A DNA stretch of 64,000 bases, from the IMG/VR virus record IMGVR_UViG_3300042483_000388. One strand, written 5' to 3'. This stretch comes from a virus (taxonomy: Duplodnaviria; Caudoviricetes). The notes beneath the pieces were generated by a model. It saw nothing but the letters and a program-made list of their open reading frames with translations. It was not told where the DNA came from and did not search any database. Positions 20,393-30,260 of the stretch are shown one piece after another. A program made the position numbers and the translations under genes. Positions within the stretch are counted from its first letter, which is position 1; every line of letters begins with the position of its first letter.

Positions 20393-21083
20393 TAAAGAAA
20401 CTCTCAGCAGTGTTGAGAGTTTTTGTAAACTCAATAATATTGATGATGTTGATAGTTTTATTAAAAACGTTTTTCAAGAAGGGTTTAACATAAAGAAGTA
20501 TGGTCTTTTGGGAAAAACACTTAATGAAGGTGAAAAAGGATTAAAAACGGGTATTGTTGGTGAAAAACAGGTAGAAATTGAGGTAATCCGTGAAATACGG
20601 GTGGAAGTACCAGTTGAAGTTATCAAAGAGGTTGAAAAAATAGTTGAAGTAGTTAAGGAGGTTCCTGTAGATAGAGTGGTTGAGAAAATAATCTATACCA
20701 CTGATGATATTCAAATAAACGAACTTGGCGGAAAAATTGCCAAGTTGGAACAAGAAAGACAAATATTTTCCACTAAAATTGCCAATTTGGAAGAAGAAAG
20801 ACAAATATTTTCCACTAAAACTGAAGAAATGGAAAATAATTTCCAAAATGAAATATCTAAAAAGGATAAAGAGTTAGATGATCTTAGACAAAAATTAGAT
20901 GACCCTGTAACAAATAATAACATAAATATGTTACAGAACACACTCCAAAAACTAAGGGGTGAGTTGTTAGATAAGAATCAAAAAATAAATGAGTTAGAAC
21001 AAATAAACAAAGGTCTCTCGGATAATCAACAAACATCAGGAGCCTACCTCTTACGAGGATCAAATTTAAATAAAAGAATATGA
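20364..21083 (+). CDS. Coiled-coil protein with VEVPV-type repeats
   Basis: VEVPVEVIKEVEKIVEVVKEVPV followed by heptad coiled coil. Confidence 0.7.
   Translation: MELNYSKIFNKETLSSVESFCKLNNIDDVDSFIKNVFQEGFNIKKYGLLGKTLNEGEKGLKTGIVGEKQVEIEVIREIRVEVPVEVIKEVEKIVEVVKEVPVDRVVEKIIYTTDDIQINELGGKIAKLEQERQIFSTKIANLEEERQIFSTKTEEMENNFQNEISKKDKELDDLRQKLDDPVTNNNINMLQNTLQKLRGELLDKNQKINELEQINKGLSDNQQTSGAYLLRGSNLNKRI
20733..20816 (+). repeat. In-frame 42-bp tandem duplication
   Basis: Two copies of aaaattgccaa(g/t)ttggaa(c/g)aagaaagacaaatattttccact. Confidence 0.9.
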
Positions 21084-21439
21084 TAACACAAATTTTAGTA
21101 TGGTTCATAATGAGTTATGGATTAATGAACATTATGGTCTACGGATCAATATTCCAAGGATTAAGAGATTTTTTCAAAAGATGGGGAGATAATAAACAAT
21201 TACCCTTTAACTTTTTAGGTAAGTTCCTATCAGGTTTAATCAATTGTCCATTATGTTTTTCAACATGGTCTGGATTTGTGTTATCCTTATTGATATTCTC
21301 ACCAACAAATCATATATTTAACACACCTTTAGGTTATTCATGGTTCTTTGATGGTATTACATCTGCAGGTGCTGTATGGGCAATCAATAGTATAATAGAA
21401 TGGTTTGAAGAAAATAGACCAAATAATAATAATAATTAA
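21080..21439 (+). CDS. Membrane protein, DUF1360-like
   Basis: Hydrophobic helices and LINCPLCFSTW motif. Confidence 0.55.
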   Translation: MITQILVWFIMSYGLMNIMVYGSIFQGLRDFFKRWGDNKQLPFNFLGKFLSGLINCPLCFSTWSGFVLSLLIFSPTNHIFNTPLGYSWFFDGITSAGAVWAINSIIEWFEENRPNNNNN

Positions 21440-21449
21440 TAAAAGTAAA

Positions 21450-21818
21450 ATGGGAAAGGAAGCAAAAAAACACAGAGCAAAAGTTGCAAAAAGAAATGCA
21501 AAAGTAAAAGAACAAAAATCTGGAATGCAAAAAGCGTTCGATTTATTGGTTCAAGAACAATTGAAAAAATTGGAGTCAGATAAAGAAATTTCCATCCAAC
21601 ACGAAGGTCAGGATTTAAACTTTGAGGTGGTTGAGGATAAAGTCGTTAATACAATATCAATTAAACCAAATGAGGTGGAATCGGCAAAAATCAACAAAGA
21701 GTTTGAAACGCAAACTTTACCTGAAGAAAACATTATGACAAATGTTGAATACAAGGAAAGAAATAGTGAAATGGTTTATGATTCAAAACACAACTCACCA
21801 ACAAAAGAAGAAAACTAA
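21450..21818 (+). CDS. Hypothetical protein with a basic N-terminus
   Basis: MGKEAKKHRAKVAKRN start; operon context. Confidence 0.6.
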   Translation: MGKEAKKHRAKVAKRNAKVKEQKSGMQKAFDLLVQEQLKKLESDKEISIQHEGQDLNFEVVEDKVVNTISIKPNEVESAKINKEFETQTLPEENIMTNVEYKERNSEMVYDSKHNSPTKEEN

Positions 21819-21824
21819 AATAAA

Positions 21825-24197
21825 ATGGATTTGTTTAATCCGCCAAGATTATTAAATTACAATATAATGATAAAAGATTTAGATTTTTCCAAGTTTGAAA
21901 ACCCAACGATACAAGTTGTATGGGAAGACCTACCTGAAAATTTCACTCAAGACAAGATCAAAAGTGTAAAACATTATTTCCAAAAGAAATATAATACCAC
22001 TAATGTAAATGTTTTAACTAAGGCAAAGAATGTTGAAACGCATGAAATGCAAAGTATTGATGTGTCAGTGAACATATCTGATTCAAATTATCAACTTGAC
22101 TTACTGAAGAAGTTTGTTGATGCCAAAGGGTATTCTAATTATCAAGATGATGTTTTATCAATCAATAAAATGGTTGAGAATAAAATGTCGGAAGAAGAAG
22201 GTAACCAGTCTCAGTTTAAGAAGTGGTACATTAGAAATATAGAATTCTCAAATTTCTTATCGTATGGTGAAAATCAAAAATTAGATTTTGATAAGCTGAA
22301 TGGTATTGTGGTGGTTGAATCAGATCCACCAAATTTTGGTGGTAAAACAATTTTAAGTGTAGACCTTCTAATGTTCTTATTCTTTAATGAAACCACAAAA
22401 ACAACAAAGGCGGAAGAAATATTTAATCGATTTACAGATAAAGATAAAGTAACGGTTAAAGGTGAAATCACAATTGACGGTGAGGATTATATCATTATTA
22501 GAAACATTGAAAGAAAGTTATCTAAGAAGAATGAATGGAACGTTAAAACCGAATTGGACTTCTTTAGGAAGTTATCTGATGGTAGTTTACAGAACTTTAC
22601 TGGTGAACAAAGAAGGGAGACAGAAGCGTTCATTAAAACGTCCATAGGAACCAAAGAAGACTTTCTAATGACAATCCTAACGACGGGATCAAATCTTGAA
22701 GAGTTGTTGGAGTCAAAACCAACAGCAAGAGGTCAGGTATTGTCTCGTTTTATGGGTCTTGAATTCTTAAAAAGAAAAGAGGAAGTTGCCAAAGAAATTT
22801 ACTCTGAGTTCTCAAAACAAAAGATATCAAACATCTATTCGTCAGAGTCATTAAAATCCGATAATGAAGGTTATGAAACCAAAATTACAGAGTTAAGTGG
22901 GGAAATTGTGAAATTTAACGCAGATTTGGTAGTTATTGATGCATCAATTTTAAAAGGGAAAGAATATCGTGATGACATAATAAAGAAAAAACACGGTAAT
23001 ATTGATAAGGAAATTAGCCTATTGGACCCAGAAAAAACTAAACAAACAATAGATGGGATTGGTGTTGAAAAATCTGAATACATTACCAAAATGAATGAAA
23101 TTAAGGTGGTTAAACCATCTGAGTTTTATGATGAGGATAAACACGATGAAGTAAAAGAACAATACAAAGAGGTTTATCAGGAGAAAGTTCAGATAGACAC
23201 AAATATTAAATCAATAGAAGAACTTAAAAGTTCAGTTGAGGGTGGTATCAAATGTGAGCATTGTGGTATTGAATTAATGAATGCTGCAATCACAAACGCA
23301 AAGATTGCCGAACTTGATGGTTATATCATACATAAAGACCAAAAAGAGGGGTTAATGCAGGTTTTAACTAGCAAAGAACAGTCATTTGTGCAACTTAAGA
23401 AAGACTTTGACGAATATGAGAAAAACAAACTCATTAAAGAGAAATATGAGTTGAGTGTTGAGAGTTGTGATCTTAAAATTGGTGGGTTAAAAGACAAACT
23501 TAAAAGGTGGGAGGAAGTTCAGGATAAAATTAAAGAGAATACCTCAATAGAATCAATGTTGATTAAAGCGGATCTTAGGCTGGAAGAATTGGAAATAAAA
23601 AAGAAAGGGATAAACACAAGTATTTCCGGAAATGAGTTTAACATTAAAAACTTGGTTGAGAAGATTAATAACAACAAAAAGATGATTGTTAAAATCAAAG
23701 AAGAAGACGAAAAAGAAAAGATATATAAAATATATTTGGAGGCATATGGTAAGAATGGCGTTACCAAAATTATTATGAAAACTATGATGCCGATTATTAA
23801 CTCGGAACTTCAAAGGTTAATGGAAGATAGTTGTTACTTCAAATTGGAGATCAGAATCAACGATAAGAATGAGGTTGAGTTTATAATGGTTGACAATGGT
23901 ACCGGTGTTGAAAAACTAATGACTTCAGGTTCTGGATATGAGAAGACAATTGCGTCTTTAGGTTTAAGGGCGGTCATGACTAAAATTTGCACATTACCAA
24001 AACCAAATTTGGTCGTGATGGATGAGGTATTTGGTAAAATATCTAACGACAATTTAGAAATGGTTTCTGAATTCTTTATTAAGATTAAAGAATATTTTGA
24101 GAAAGTTTTCGTGATTACTCACAACCCAATGGTTAGTCAGTGGGCGGATACTATTATTAATATCAAAAAAGAAAATAATATTTCAAAAATTTGTTAG
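21825..24197 (+). CDS. Rad50/SbcC-like SMC ATPase (T4 gp46-like) with an N-terminal extension
   Basis: IEFSNFLSYG, Walker A variant PNFGGKT, CEHC zinc hook, SGSGYEK signature, VMDEVFG Walker B, ITH. Confidence 0.9.
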   Translation: MDLFNPPRLLNYNIMIKDLDFSKFENPTIQVVWEDLPENFTQDKIKSVKHYFQKKYNTTNVNVLTKAKNVETHEMQSIDVSVNISDSNYQLDLLKKFVDAKGYSNYQDDVLSINKMVENKMSEEEGNQSQFKKWYIRNIEFSNFLSYGENQKLDFDKLNGIVVVESDPPNFGGKTILSVDLLMFLFFNETTKTTKAEEIFNRFTDKDKVTVKGEITIDGEDYIIIRNIERKLSKKNEWNVKTELDFFRKLSDGSLQNFTGEQRRETEAFIKTSIGTKEDFLMTILTTGSNLEELLESKPTARGQVLSRFMGLEFLKRKEEVAKEIYSEFSKQKISNIYSSESLKSDNEGYETKITELSGEIVKFNADLVVIDASILKGKEYRDDIIKKKHGNIDKEISLLDPEKTKQTIDGIGVEKSEYITKMNEIKVVKPSEFYDEDKHDEVKEQYKEVYQEKVQIDTNIKSIEELKSSVEGGIKCEHCGIELMNAAITNAKIAELDGYIIHKDQKEGLMQVLTSKEQSFVQLKKDFDEYEKNKLIKEKYELSVESCDLKIGGLKDKLKRWEEVQDKIKENTSIESMLIKADLRLEELEIKKKGINTSISGNEFNIKNLVEKINNNKKMIVKIKEEDEKEKIYKIYLEAYGKNGVTKIIMKTMMPIINSELQRLMEDSCYFKLEIRINDKNEVEFIMVDNGTGVEKLMTSGSGYEKTIASLGLRAVMTKICTLPKPNLVVMDEVFGKISNDNLEMVSEFFIKIKEYFEKVFVITHNPMVSQWADTIINIKKENNISKIC

Positions 24198-24228
24198 TAA
24201 TTAAACAAATAATAATATCTTTGTTATT

Positions 24229-24762
24229 ATGAGAACTAAACAAGAATGGGAGAAAAAATATCAATGTGTTAAAAGACTAATGTCCGTTATGGATACATTG
24301 TCTGAAGATTTTGAAAATGATACTGAAATATTGGAAACTTGTGCTACGATGTTAAGAAATCCAATTATATTTGACAATAATGTTAAGGAAGTTAAAATAC
24401 AACTTCCTTACCATATTGAAAGTATGGAGAATGAAACTGAGGATCACTTAATTGGTATTTCAAACATTGTTTTGTATATATACAAAAAAAAACTACACAA
24501 AAAATGGAATTCCGTTGAAGACTTTAAAAAAACATTAAAGGCATTAAATGTCTTACTACCAATTGAAAAAGTTTTGAATAATAGCAAAGTATTCAAAAAC
24601 GAATGGAAGTTTAATTATGATACCATTGAATCGTGTCTTCATTGGGATTATAAATTAGTATCTGTTGGTGTAACAGAATTGGTATGCAACAAAACAAATG
24701 AGAAAGTTTCTGTAACAAAAATTAGAGAAATGTGGTATGAAGAAAACAAAGAATATTTATAA
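24229..24762 (+). CDS. Hypothetical protein (probably leaderless)
   Basis: ATG lies 5 nt after TATCTTTG at 24216. Confidence 0.65.
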   Translation: MRTKQEWEKKYQCVKRLMSVMDTLSEDFENDTEILETCATMLRNPIIFDNNVKEVKIQLPYHIESMENETEDHLIGISNIVLYIYKKKLHKKWNSVEDFKKTLKALNVLLPIEKVLNNSKVFKNEWKFNYDTIESCLHWDYKLVSVGVTELVCNKTNEKVSVTKIREMWYEENKEYL

Positions 24763-24859
24763 ATTATGGAGTATAAGAATATATTAAATTTTTTATTAAA
24801 ATAATTTATATATAACCCAATTTTAATACTATATTTGTAAAACAATTAAAAACACACAT

Positions 24860-25390
24860 ATGAATTATTTACTTTTTACATACTACGACAACACGGTAGT
24901 AAACCCCGAAGAAAAAACAGATGAAATTGGTGGACAAATATCCAAAGCGATGACATCAAAAGAGGTTAAATTTATGTTTGGTGATAGACATTCGATCTTT
25001 CATTTTGCATCAGACCTATCCTTATCTGAAATGGGAGAATTTATGAATATCGTTTCGGATGAAATTACGGGATTTGAGTTTTTCCTAACACAAAAAACAA
25101 AAAATAACTTTTCAAACTTCCCAGAAGACAACTTAAATCACCTTTTGTCGTTAAGGAAGACCACAAAGAAAAAAAATGCACCAGTTCCACCAAAAAAACT
25201 CAAGTTTGATTTTAATCCTACTAACACAGAATTTTTTGACATTGCGGAGATGATCAAATTTATTTTACCGAATAATGTTTGTAACATGACATTGGATGAG
25301 TTATTAGATAAAATTGGTGAAGATGGGATTGAGTCACTATCAGAACAAGAAAGAAATAAATTAGATGAATATTCAAAATCACTTAACTAA
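24860..25390 (+). CDS. Hypothetical protein with a C-terminal DUF6576-like helical motif
   Basis: LDELLDKIGEDGIESLSEQERNKL. Confidence 0.55.
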   Translation: MNYLLFTYYDNTVVNPEEKTDEIGGQISKAMTSKEVKFMFGDRHSIFHFASDLSLSEMGEFMNIVSDEITGFEFFLTQKTKNNFSNFPEDNLNHLLSLRKTTKKKNAPVPPKKLKFDFNPTNTEFFDIAEMIKFILPNNVCNMTLDELLDKIGEDGIESLSEQERNKLDEYSKSLN

Positions 25391-25394
25391 ATAT

Positions 25395-26195
25395 ATGAAA
25401 GACAGAAATACAGGGGCACCAATCAATCAGGAAGAAATTTACCACTACCTTAAGGATATTAGAAAAATTAAGGTAATGACCGCAGAGCGTGAGCGAGATT
25501 TAGCGAAACGTATGAAATCTGACGATCTTACAGTCATTGAAAAACACGACATTGAACAAGAACTACTTGTTGGTAATCTTCGTTTTGTTATTACTGTGGC
25601 AAAACAATATCAAAATCAAGGATTAGACTTGTCGGATCTTATTGCTGAAGGTAATTTAGGGTTACTTAAAGCGATTAAAAACTTTGATTGGCACAAAGAC
25701 CTAAGATTTATATCTTACGCTGTCTGGTGGATTAAACAATCAGTTATTCAATCGCTTAATGATAACTCAAGGACTATTCGACTACCAGTTAATGTGGTTC
25801 AGGATTTACACAGGGCAAAAAAAGAAGTTGAGAAAACAGGTGTTAAATTATCCGATAAATTCTCAAATCTACCATCTATCATTGATTTGGATATGAATAT
25901 CAATGAAGAAGGAGACACTCTTATTGATATGATTGAAAATAAAGATGCTGAGGCTCCTGATGCAGGTTTTCACACAAAGGATATTCTTAAGGATAAGTTG
26001 TTTTCATTACTGAATGTGCTTGACGAAAGAGAGAAAGTTATCGTTGGTGATTACTTCGGACTTACAGGGACACCTCGTACTCTAGAAGATATTGGGTCGG
26101 ATTTTGGTCTAACAAAAGAGAGAGTTCGCCAAATTAAAGAGAAAGCACTTCGTAGATTACGAAATGATTGTTCCGAATTATTTGACTATTTATAA
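25395..26195 (+). CDS. Sigma-70 family RNA polymerase sigma factor (Bacteroidetes RpoD-like, no region 1.1)
   Basis: GNLRFVITVAKQY, DLIAEGNLGL, RFISYAVWWIKQS, RTLEDIG..FGLTKERVRQIKEKALRRLR. Confidence 0.95.
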   Translation: MKDRNTGAPINQEEIYHYLKDIRKIKVMTAERERDLAKRMKSDDLTVIEKHDIEQELLVGNLRFVITVAKQYQNQGLDLSDLIAEGNLGLLKAIKNFDWHKDLRFISYAVWWIKQSVIQSLNDNSRTIRLPVNVVQDLHRAKKEVEKTGVKLSDKFSNLPSIIDLDMNINEEGDTLIDMIENKDAEAPDAGFHTKDILKDKLFSLLNVLDEREKVIVGDYFGLTGTPRTLEDIGSDFGLTKERVRQIKEKALRRLRNDCSELFDYL

Positions 26196-26367
26196 AAAAG
26201 TTTGGTAGATATAAATAAAGTGTTTATCTTTGTATAACAAACGACGAGGGTTAAAAATCACTGATAATATTTAAGGTGATGGTTTGAGTTAGAAGTGATC
26301 TGAGGCGAAACAATCTCAGGTTGATAGAAAAATGGAAGACGATTAAGATACTAAAGTTCTGTCCTAC

Positions 26368-26790
26368 TCAATCCACCCAAATCACAAACTGGTCTTTACC
26401 AACCCTCATTGGGTTATTTTTACTTTCCCTCCATAATGTACCCAACCTCATAGACCAATAAGTACCCGATTCATGCGTTGGGTATATAGGAAAGGACAGT
26501 TCCCACTTTAACGATTTAACAACAAATGGGATTTCATTTTGTATATTACCGTAAATAATATTTTCCGCAATTTCTTTTTTAAGAAAATTTTCAATAAAGT
26601 ATTTTAATTCGGTGTTATCTATCTTTCTTTGGTTATATTCTTCACCTTGATCAGGCCTGGTTGATCTTGAATCCGCATGGGCATCTTTATGAAATTCAAA
26701 ATTAAAAATAACCTCCATTTTTGTTATAAGTTGAGCGATTCTCTTTTCTAATATTAAATGTTTTCGTACTATTTCTGTTATTAGATTCAT
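26368..26790 (-). CDS. Hypothetical protein with an N-terminal (I/L)xE peptide
   Basis: MNLITEIVRKHLILE; TATTTAA variant 4 nt upstream. Confidence 0.65.
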   Translation of the reverse strand: MNLITEIVRKHLILEKRIAQLITKMEVIFNFEFHKDAHADSRSTRPDQGEEYNQRKIDNTELKYFIENFLKKEIAENIIYGNIQNEIPFVVKSLKWELSFPIYPTHESGTYWSMRLGTLWRESKNNPMRVGKDQFVIWVD

Positions 26791-26834
26791 ATCATTAAAT
26801 ACTTCTAATACTATTTATATATAAAACAATTTAA

Positions 26835-28070
26835 ATGAATAAAAAATTTTTACCTTGGTTTTTATTGTTTTGTGCAATAGGACTATCAGGAACAGCAGCA
26901 TATTATAGTGTTGTTGGATTATCCATCATTTTCTCGACAGTTGCTATCCCCGTTATTATAATGGGATCATTTTTGGAGATATCAAAAATTGCCATAGCAA
27001 CATATCTTCACGATAAGTGGAAGGAAACATATAGATTATTGAAAATCTATTTAACAATTGCGTTGGTAATATTATCCGTCATAACATCAATCGGTATTTA
27101 CGGACTATTATCCAGCGGGTTCCAAAAGAACATTGCAGGACTTGAGATTAACAACAAGTTGGTTGATAACATTGGGGTTAAGAAAACAAGATTTGAGGAA
27201 ATCAAAGGTGACTACCAAAAAGAGAAAGAAGCGTTGGATAAAGATATAACTAACCTTAGAAATGCCCTTTCAAATAACACAACAACTCAAAGTATTGATA
27301 GAAGAACAGGTAAGGTTATCACTAGTGCAAATGGTGGTAATAGAAAGGCGTTTGAGTCTCAGTTGAATGTTGCCCAAAAAAATAGAGACATTATGTCCAA
27401 TAAAATAGAAGGGCTTAATGATAGTGTCACACGATTGGATATAGAAGTGTTGGACATTACATCCGAAGAAATTGAGTCTAGTGAGTTGGGAGCAATAAAA
27501 TATTTGAGTGAGGTTACGGGATGGGACATTAAAAAGACTGCAAACTTCTTTATACTAACTTTAGTGTTTGTTTTTGACCCATTAGCAATTGCCTTGGTAA
27601 TTTCCACAAACCAAGCATTTAAAAATATTAAAAGAAAAGAAGAAGAAGATGAGGTTAAACCTGAATATGAGGAATACCCATTCCAGGATGATATTGAGAT
27701 TCCCGAATGTTATTTAACACATGATACCGTACATGATACCGTACATGATACCGTACATGATACCATACAAGTAGAACCTGAAATTATTGAAAGAATTGTT
27801 GAGGTTCCTGTTGAAGTAATAAGAGAGGTTGAAAGAATTGTTGAAAAAATTGTTAATGTGCCATTTGATAGGGTTGTTGAAATTGAAAGGAGAATTGAAG
27901 TCCCGATAGATAGAATTGTTGAGGTGGATAAAATTATTGAAATACCATTTAAATATTATGTAAATGACAACGGGAATGTTTTTGACGATAAAGGAAATCA
28001 AGTTGATGATGAGACATTCAAAAATAAAATTGAGGAGATTGAAAAAAAAATATTAATGTATAAAAAATAA
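26835..28070 (+). CDS. Multi-pass membrane / coiled-coil protein with C-terminal VPV repeats
   Basis: Three N-terminal TM segments, coiled coil, FDPLAIALV TM, TVHD x3, VEVPVEVIREVERIVE repeats. Confidence 0.7.
   Translation: MNKKFLPWFLLFCAIGLSGTAAYYSVVGLSIIFSTVAIPVIIMGSFLEISKIAIATYLHDKWKETYRLLKIYLTIALVILSVITSIGIYGLLSSGFQKNIAGLEINNKLVDNIGVKKTRFEEIKGDYQKEKEALDKDITNLRNALSNNTTTQSIDRRTGKVITSANGGNRKAFESQLNVAQKNRDIMSNKIEGLNDSVTRLDIEVLDITSEEIESSELGAIKYLSEVTGWDIKKTANFFILTLVFVFDPLAIALVISTNQAFKNIKRKEEEDEVKPEYEEYPFQDDIEIPECYLTHDTVHDTVHDTVHDTIQVEPEIIERIVEVPVEVIREVERIVEKIVNVPFDRVVEIERRIEVPIDRIVEVDKIIEIPFKYYVNDNGNVFDDKGNQVDDETFKNKIEEIEKKILMYKK
27720..27764 (+). repeat. 12-bp tandem repeat (catgataccgta x3.7) encoding HDTV
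   Basis: Read directly from the sequence. Confidence 0.9.
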
Positions 28071-28073
28071 TAT

Positions 28074-28667
28074 ATGGAGGTTATTGAGAAAGTAATTGAA
28101 AATAATTTTAAAAATGGAAATAAAAAAACTCAGATAGTTCTTACCCATACTTCAAGAAATTTATTTGATTTTATGACGGCAATAAAACTTAGGTTTGGCG
28201 GTAAGCCAATCAAATTACCCCATTATTTAATAGGTAAAGATGGTAAAATATTACAAATATTAGATGACGATAAAAATGGTAAATACCTCAATACGGACAA
28301 GGTAAACAATAAAAGTATAGTCATTTGTTTAGAAAATCTAGGTTGGCTTGAAAAACAACCCCTAAAAAATTATCACATAAACTGGATTGGAACTATTTAT
28401 AGAGAAAAAGTTTTTGATCGTAAGTGGAGAAATTATTTTTTTTGGGATCCATACACTGAAATTCAGTTAGAAAAAACTGCTGAACTATGTAAGGAACTCT
28501 CAAAAAAACATGGGATTTTAACACAATTTATAGGGCACAACACAAAAATAAAAGGGGTTGAGTCTTATATGGGAATAATTACAAGATCAAACTTTGATGA
28601 GTTTGCTACGGATATAAGCCCGGCATTTGATTTTGAAAAATTTATAAAACTATTGGAAAATGAATAA
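28074..28667 (+). CDS. N-acetylmuramoyl-L-alanine amidase (Amidase_2-like), probable endolysin
   Basis: IVLTHT, PHYLIGKDGKILQ, SIVICLEN, GHN motifs. Confidence 0.7.
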   Translation: MEVIEKVIENNFKNGNKKTQIVLTHTSRNLFDFMTAIKLRFGGKPIKLPHYLIGKDGKILQILDDDKNGKYLNTDKVNNKSIVICLENLGWLEKQPLKNYHINWIGTIYREKVFDRKWRNYFFWDPYTEIQLEKTAELCKELSKKHGILTQFIGHNTKIKGVESYMGIITRSNFDEFATDISPAFDFEKFIKLLENE

Positions 28668-29250
28668 ATATGATGAAATAAAATCTTTAGTTGAGGCCTC
28701 AAGAAGAGCTTTAAATAAAGGAATGTTGAATGAGATGGTAGAAATTAGAAAAACTTATGGGTTTTTAAATGAACAAGCTATTGATATTGACAAAGAAAGT
28801 GATTTAACTAATGATGATGAGTTTGAAACTGCGCCAAAAGATTCTGATGAAATTGGTAAAAAAAGTGATAAACAAAGAACTTATAAGGTTATGGGTGATA
28901 TCATTGTTTTACATGGAAAAGACAAACCCAGCTTACAACTCACAACAGACGAGAAAAATGCCTTTACGGAAAGTATGGATGAATTTAGAGAGGAGGTTGC
29001 AGAAATTGTTGATTTTGGTAAATTAAGTGTGTTTGATGACAATGTTGAGTGGACAGGTAAAATTAAAGAGCTTGATTTAGAGTTCTTCTTTTCAATTAAC
29101 GAGTCCGATGGATTATATATAAATGGTCAGATGATACATATAGATCAAGACTATATGAATATGATTATGAAATTACAATCATATTATCAAAAATTTAAAA
29201 CCAAATGGAGTAAAGTAATTGCGTCGAGACAAAAAACAGATACTGAATGA
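28660..29250 (+). CDS. Hypothetical, possibly head-associated, protein
   Basis: N-terminal SLVE and MLNE motifs; operon context. Confidence 0.55.
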   Translation: MNKYDEIKSLVEASRRALNKGMLNEMVEIRKTYGFLNEQAIDIDKESDLTNDDEFETAPKDSDEIGKKSDKQRTYKVMGDIIVLHGKDKPSLQLTTDEKNAFTESMDEFREEVAEIVDFGKLSVFDDNVEWTGKIKELDLEFFFSINESDGLYINGQMIHIDQDYMNMIMKLQSYYQKFKTKWSKVIASRQKTDTE

Positions 29251-29600
29251 AAGAGTTTTTAAGTAAAAATTGGAAAACTATTGTCCTTGTATTTCTTGGG
29301 ATAATACTTATTTACCTACTTATTAGGGTTTTTACTCCGGCAAAAGACATTTCAGAGTTAAACAAATACAAATTAGAACAAATAGATAAAAATATAAATG
29401 AAATAAAAGAACTACAAAAAAATTTAAATGATTCTATACGATCATATGAACATAAGATTGGGTTGATTGATAAGAAACTTTCTAATATAAAAATTGAAAA
29501 AAAAGAAGTTAATAATTTTTATTTTGAGAAAAAAGAAGAAATAAAAAAAGCCAACAATAAACAGATTGATAGTTTATTACGAAAAAGATATGGATTTTAA
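29247..29600 (+). CDS. Membrane-anchored coiled-coil protein (spanin-like candidate)
   Basis: N-terminal TM helix followed by coiled coil; near the amidase. Confidence 0.45.
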   Translation: MKEFLSKNWKTIVLVFLGIILIYLLIRVFTPAKDISELNKYKLEQIDKNINEIKELQKNLNDSIRSYEHKIGLIDKKLSNIKIEKKEVNNFYFEKKEEIKKANNKQIDSLLRKRYGF

Positions 29601-29601
29601 T

Positions 29602-30015
29602 ATGAAAAAATTGGTTATATTATTTTTCTTTTTGATGGTATCGTCATTAACGATGTCACAAAAAAACGTTGTTGATACATCAGAGATCTGTATACCGTAT
29701 TCGGTAGCACAAAAAATCCTTCTTGATTTGAGTGATTATGATAGAATTAAAGAGATTAAAATATTAAACGAAAAAGAAATTAAGGAGTTGAATAATAAGA
29801 TTCAATACCAAGAAAAAATAATTATTATGTGGGAAGAAAAAGATTCTACAAATAATATTATTATTAATAATACAGAAGAAAAGTTTGAAATATATAAAGA
29901 GGAGAATAAAAGTTTATCTAAAGAAAATAAAAGACTAAAAACCAAAAATACTTTATTTTCCATAATTTCGGGAGTAATCATTGCCCCATTAACTTATTTA
30001 GTATTGTTTAAATAA
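29602..30015 (+). CDS. Exported coiled-coil protein with a C-terminal TM (spanin-like candidate)
   Basis: Signal peptide MKKLVILFFFLMVSSLTMS-Q, coiled coil, C-terminal hydrophobic helix. Confidence 0.5.
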   Translation: MKKLVILFFFLMVSSLTMSQKNVVDTSEICIPYSVAQKILLDLSDYDRIKEIKILNEKEIKELNNKIQYQEKIIIMWEEKDSTNNIIINNTEEKFEIYKEENKSLSKENKRLKTKNTLFSIISGVIIAPLTYLVLFK

Positions 30016-30260
30016 TGGCACTATCAACAACAGAAAAAAAAGAAATTGAAATCTTAATTAGAAAAGAAATTAAAGATTTTTTAGGATCAAATACGGCTAA
30101 ACAATTTGAGGACAAACTAATGGACAGAATATCTAAAGACATACAAAGAGGTAAAATGGAAAAAGATGTTAAAGAAGTCATAATCAAATCTTTCCGAGAA
30201 TTTTATACGTTGATGTATCAACAAAGAAGTTTTTGGGAATCTAAATTCAGAAATGCGTAA
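30015..30260 (+). CDS. Hypothetical protein
   Basis: Coupled ORF, 81 aa. Confidence 0.65.
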   Translation: MALSTTEKKEIEILIRKEIKDFLGSNTAKQFEDKLMDRISKDIQRGKMEKDVKEVIIKSFREFYTLMYQQRSFWESKFRNA

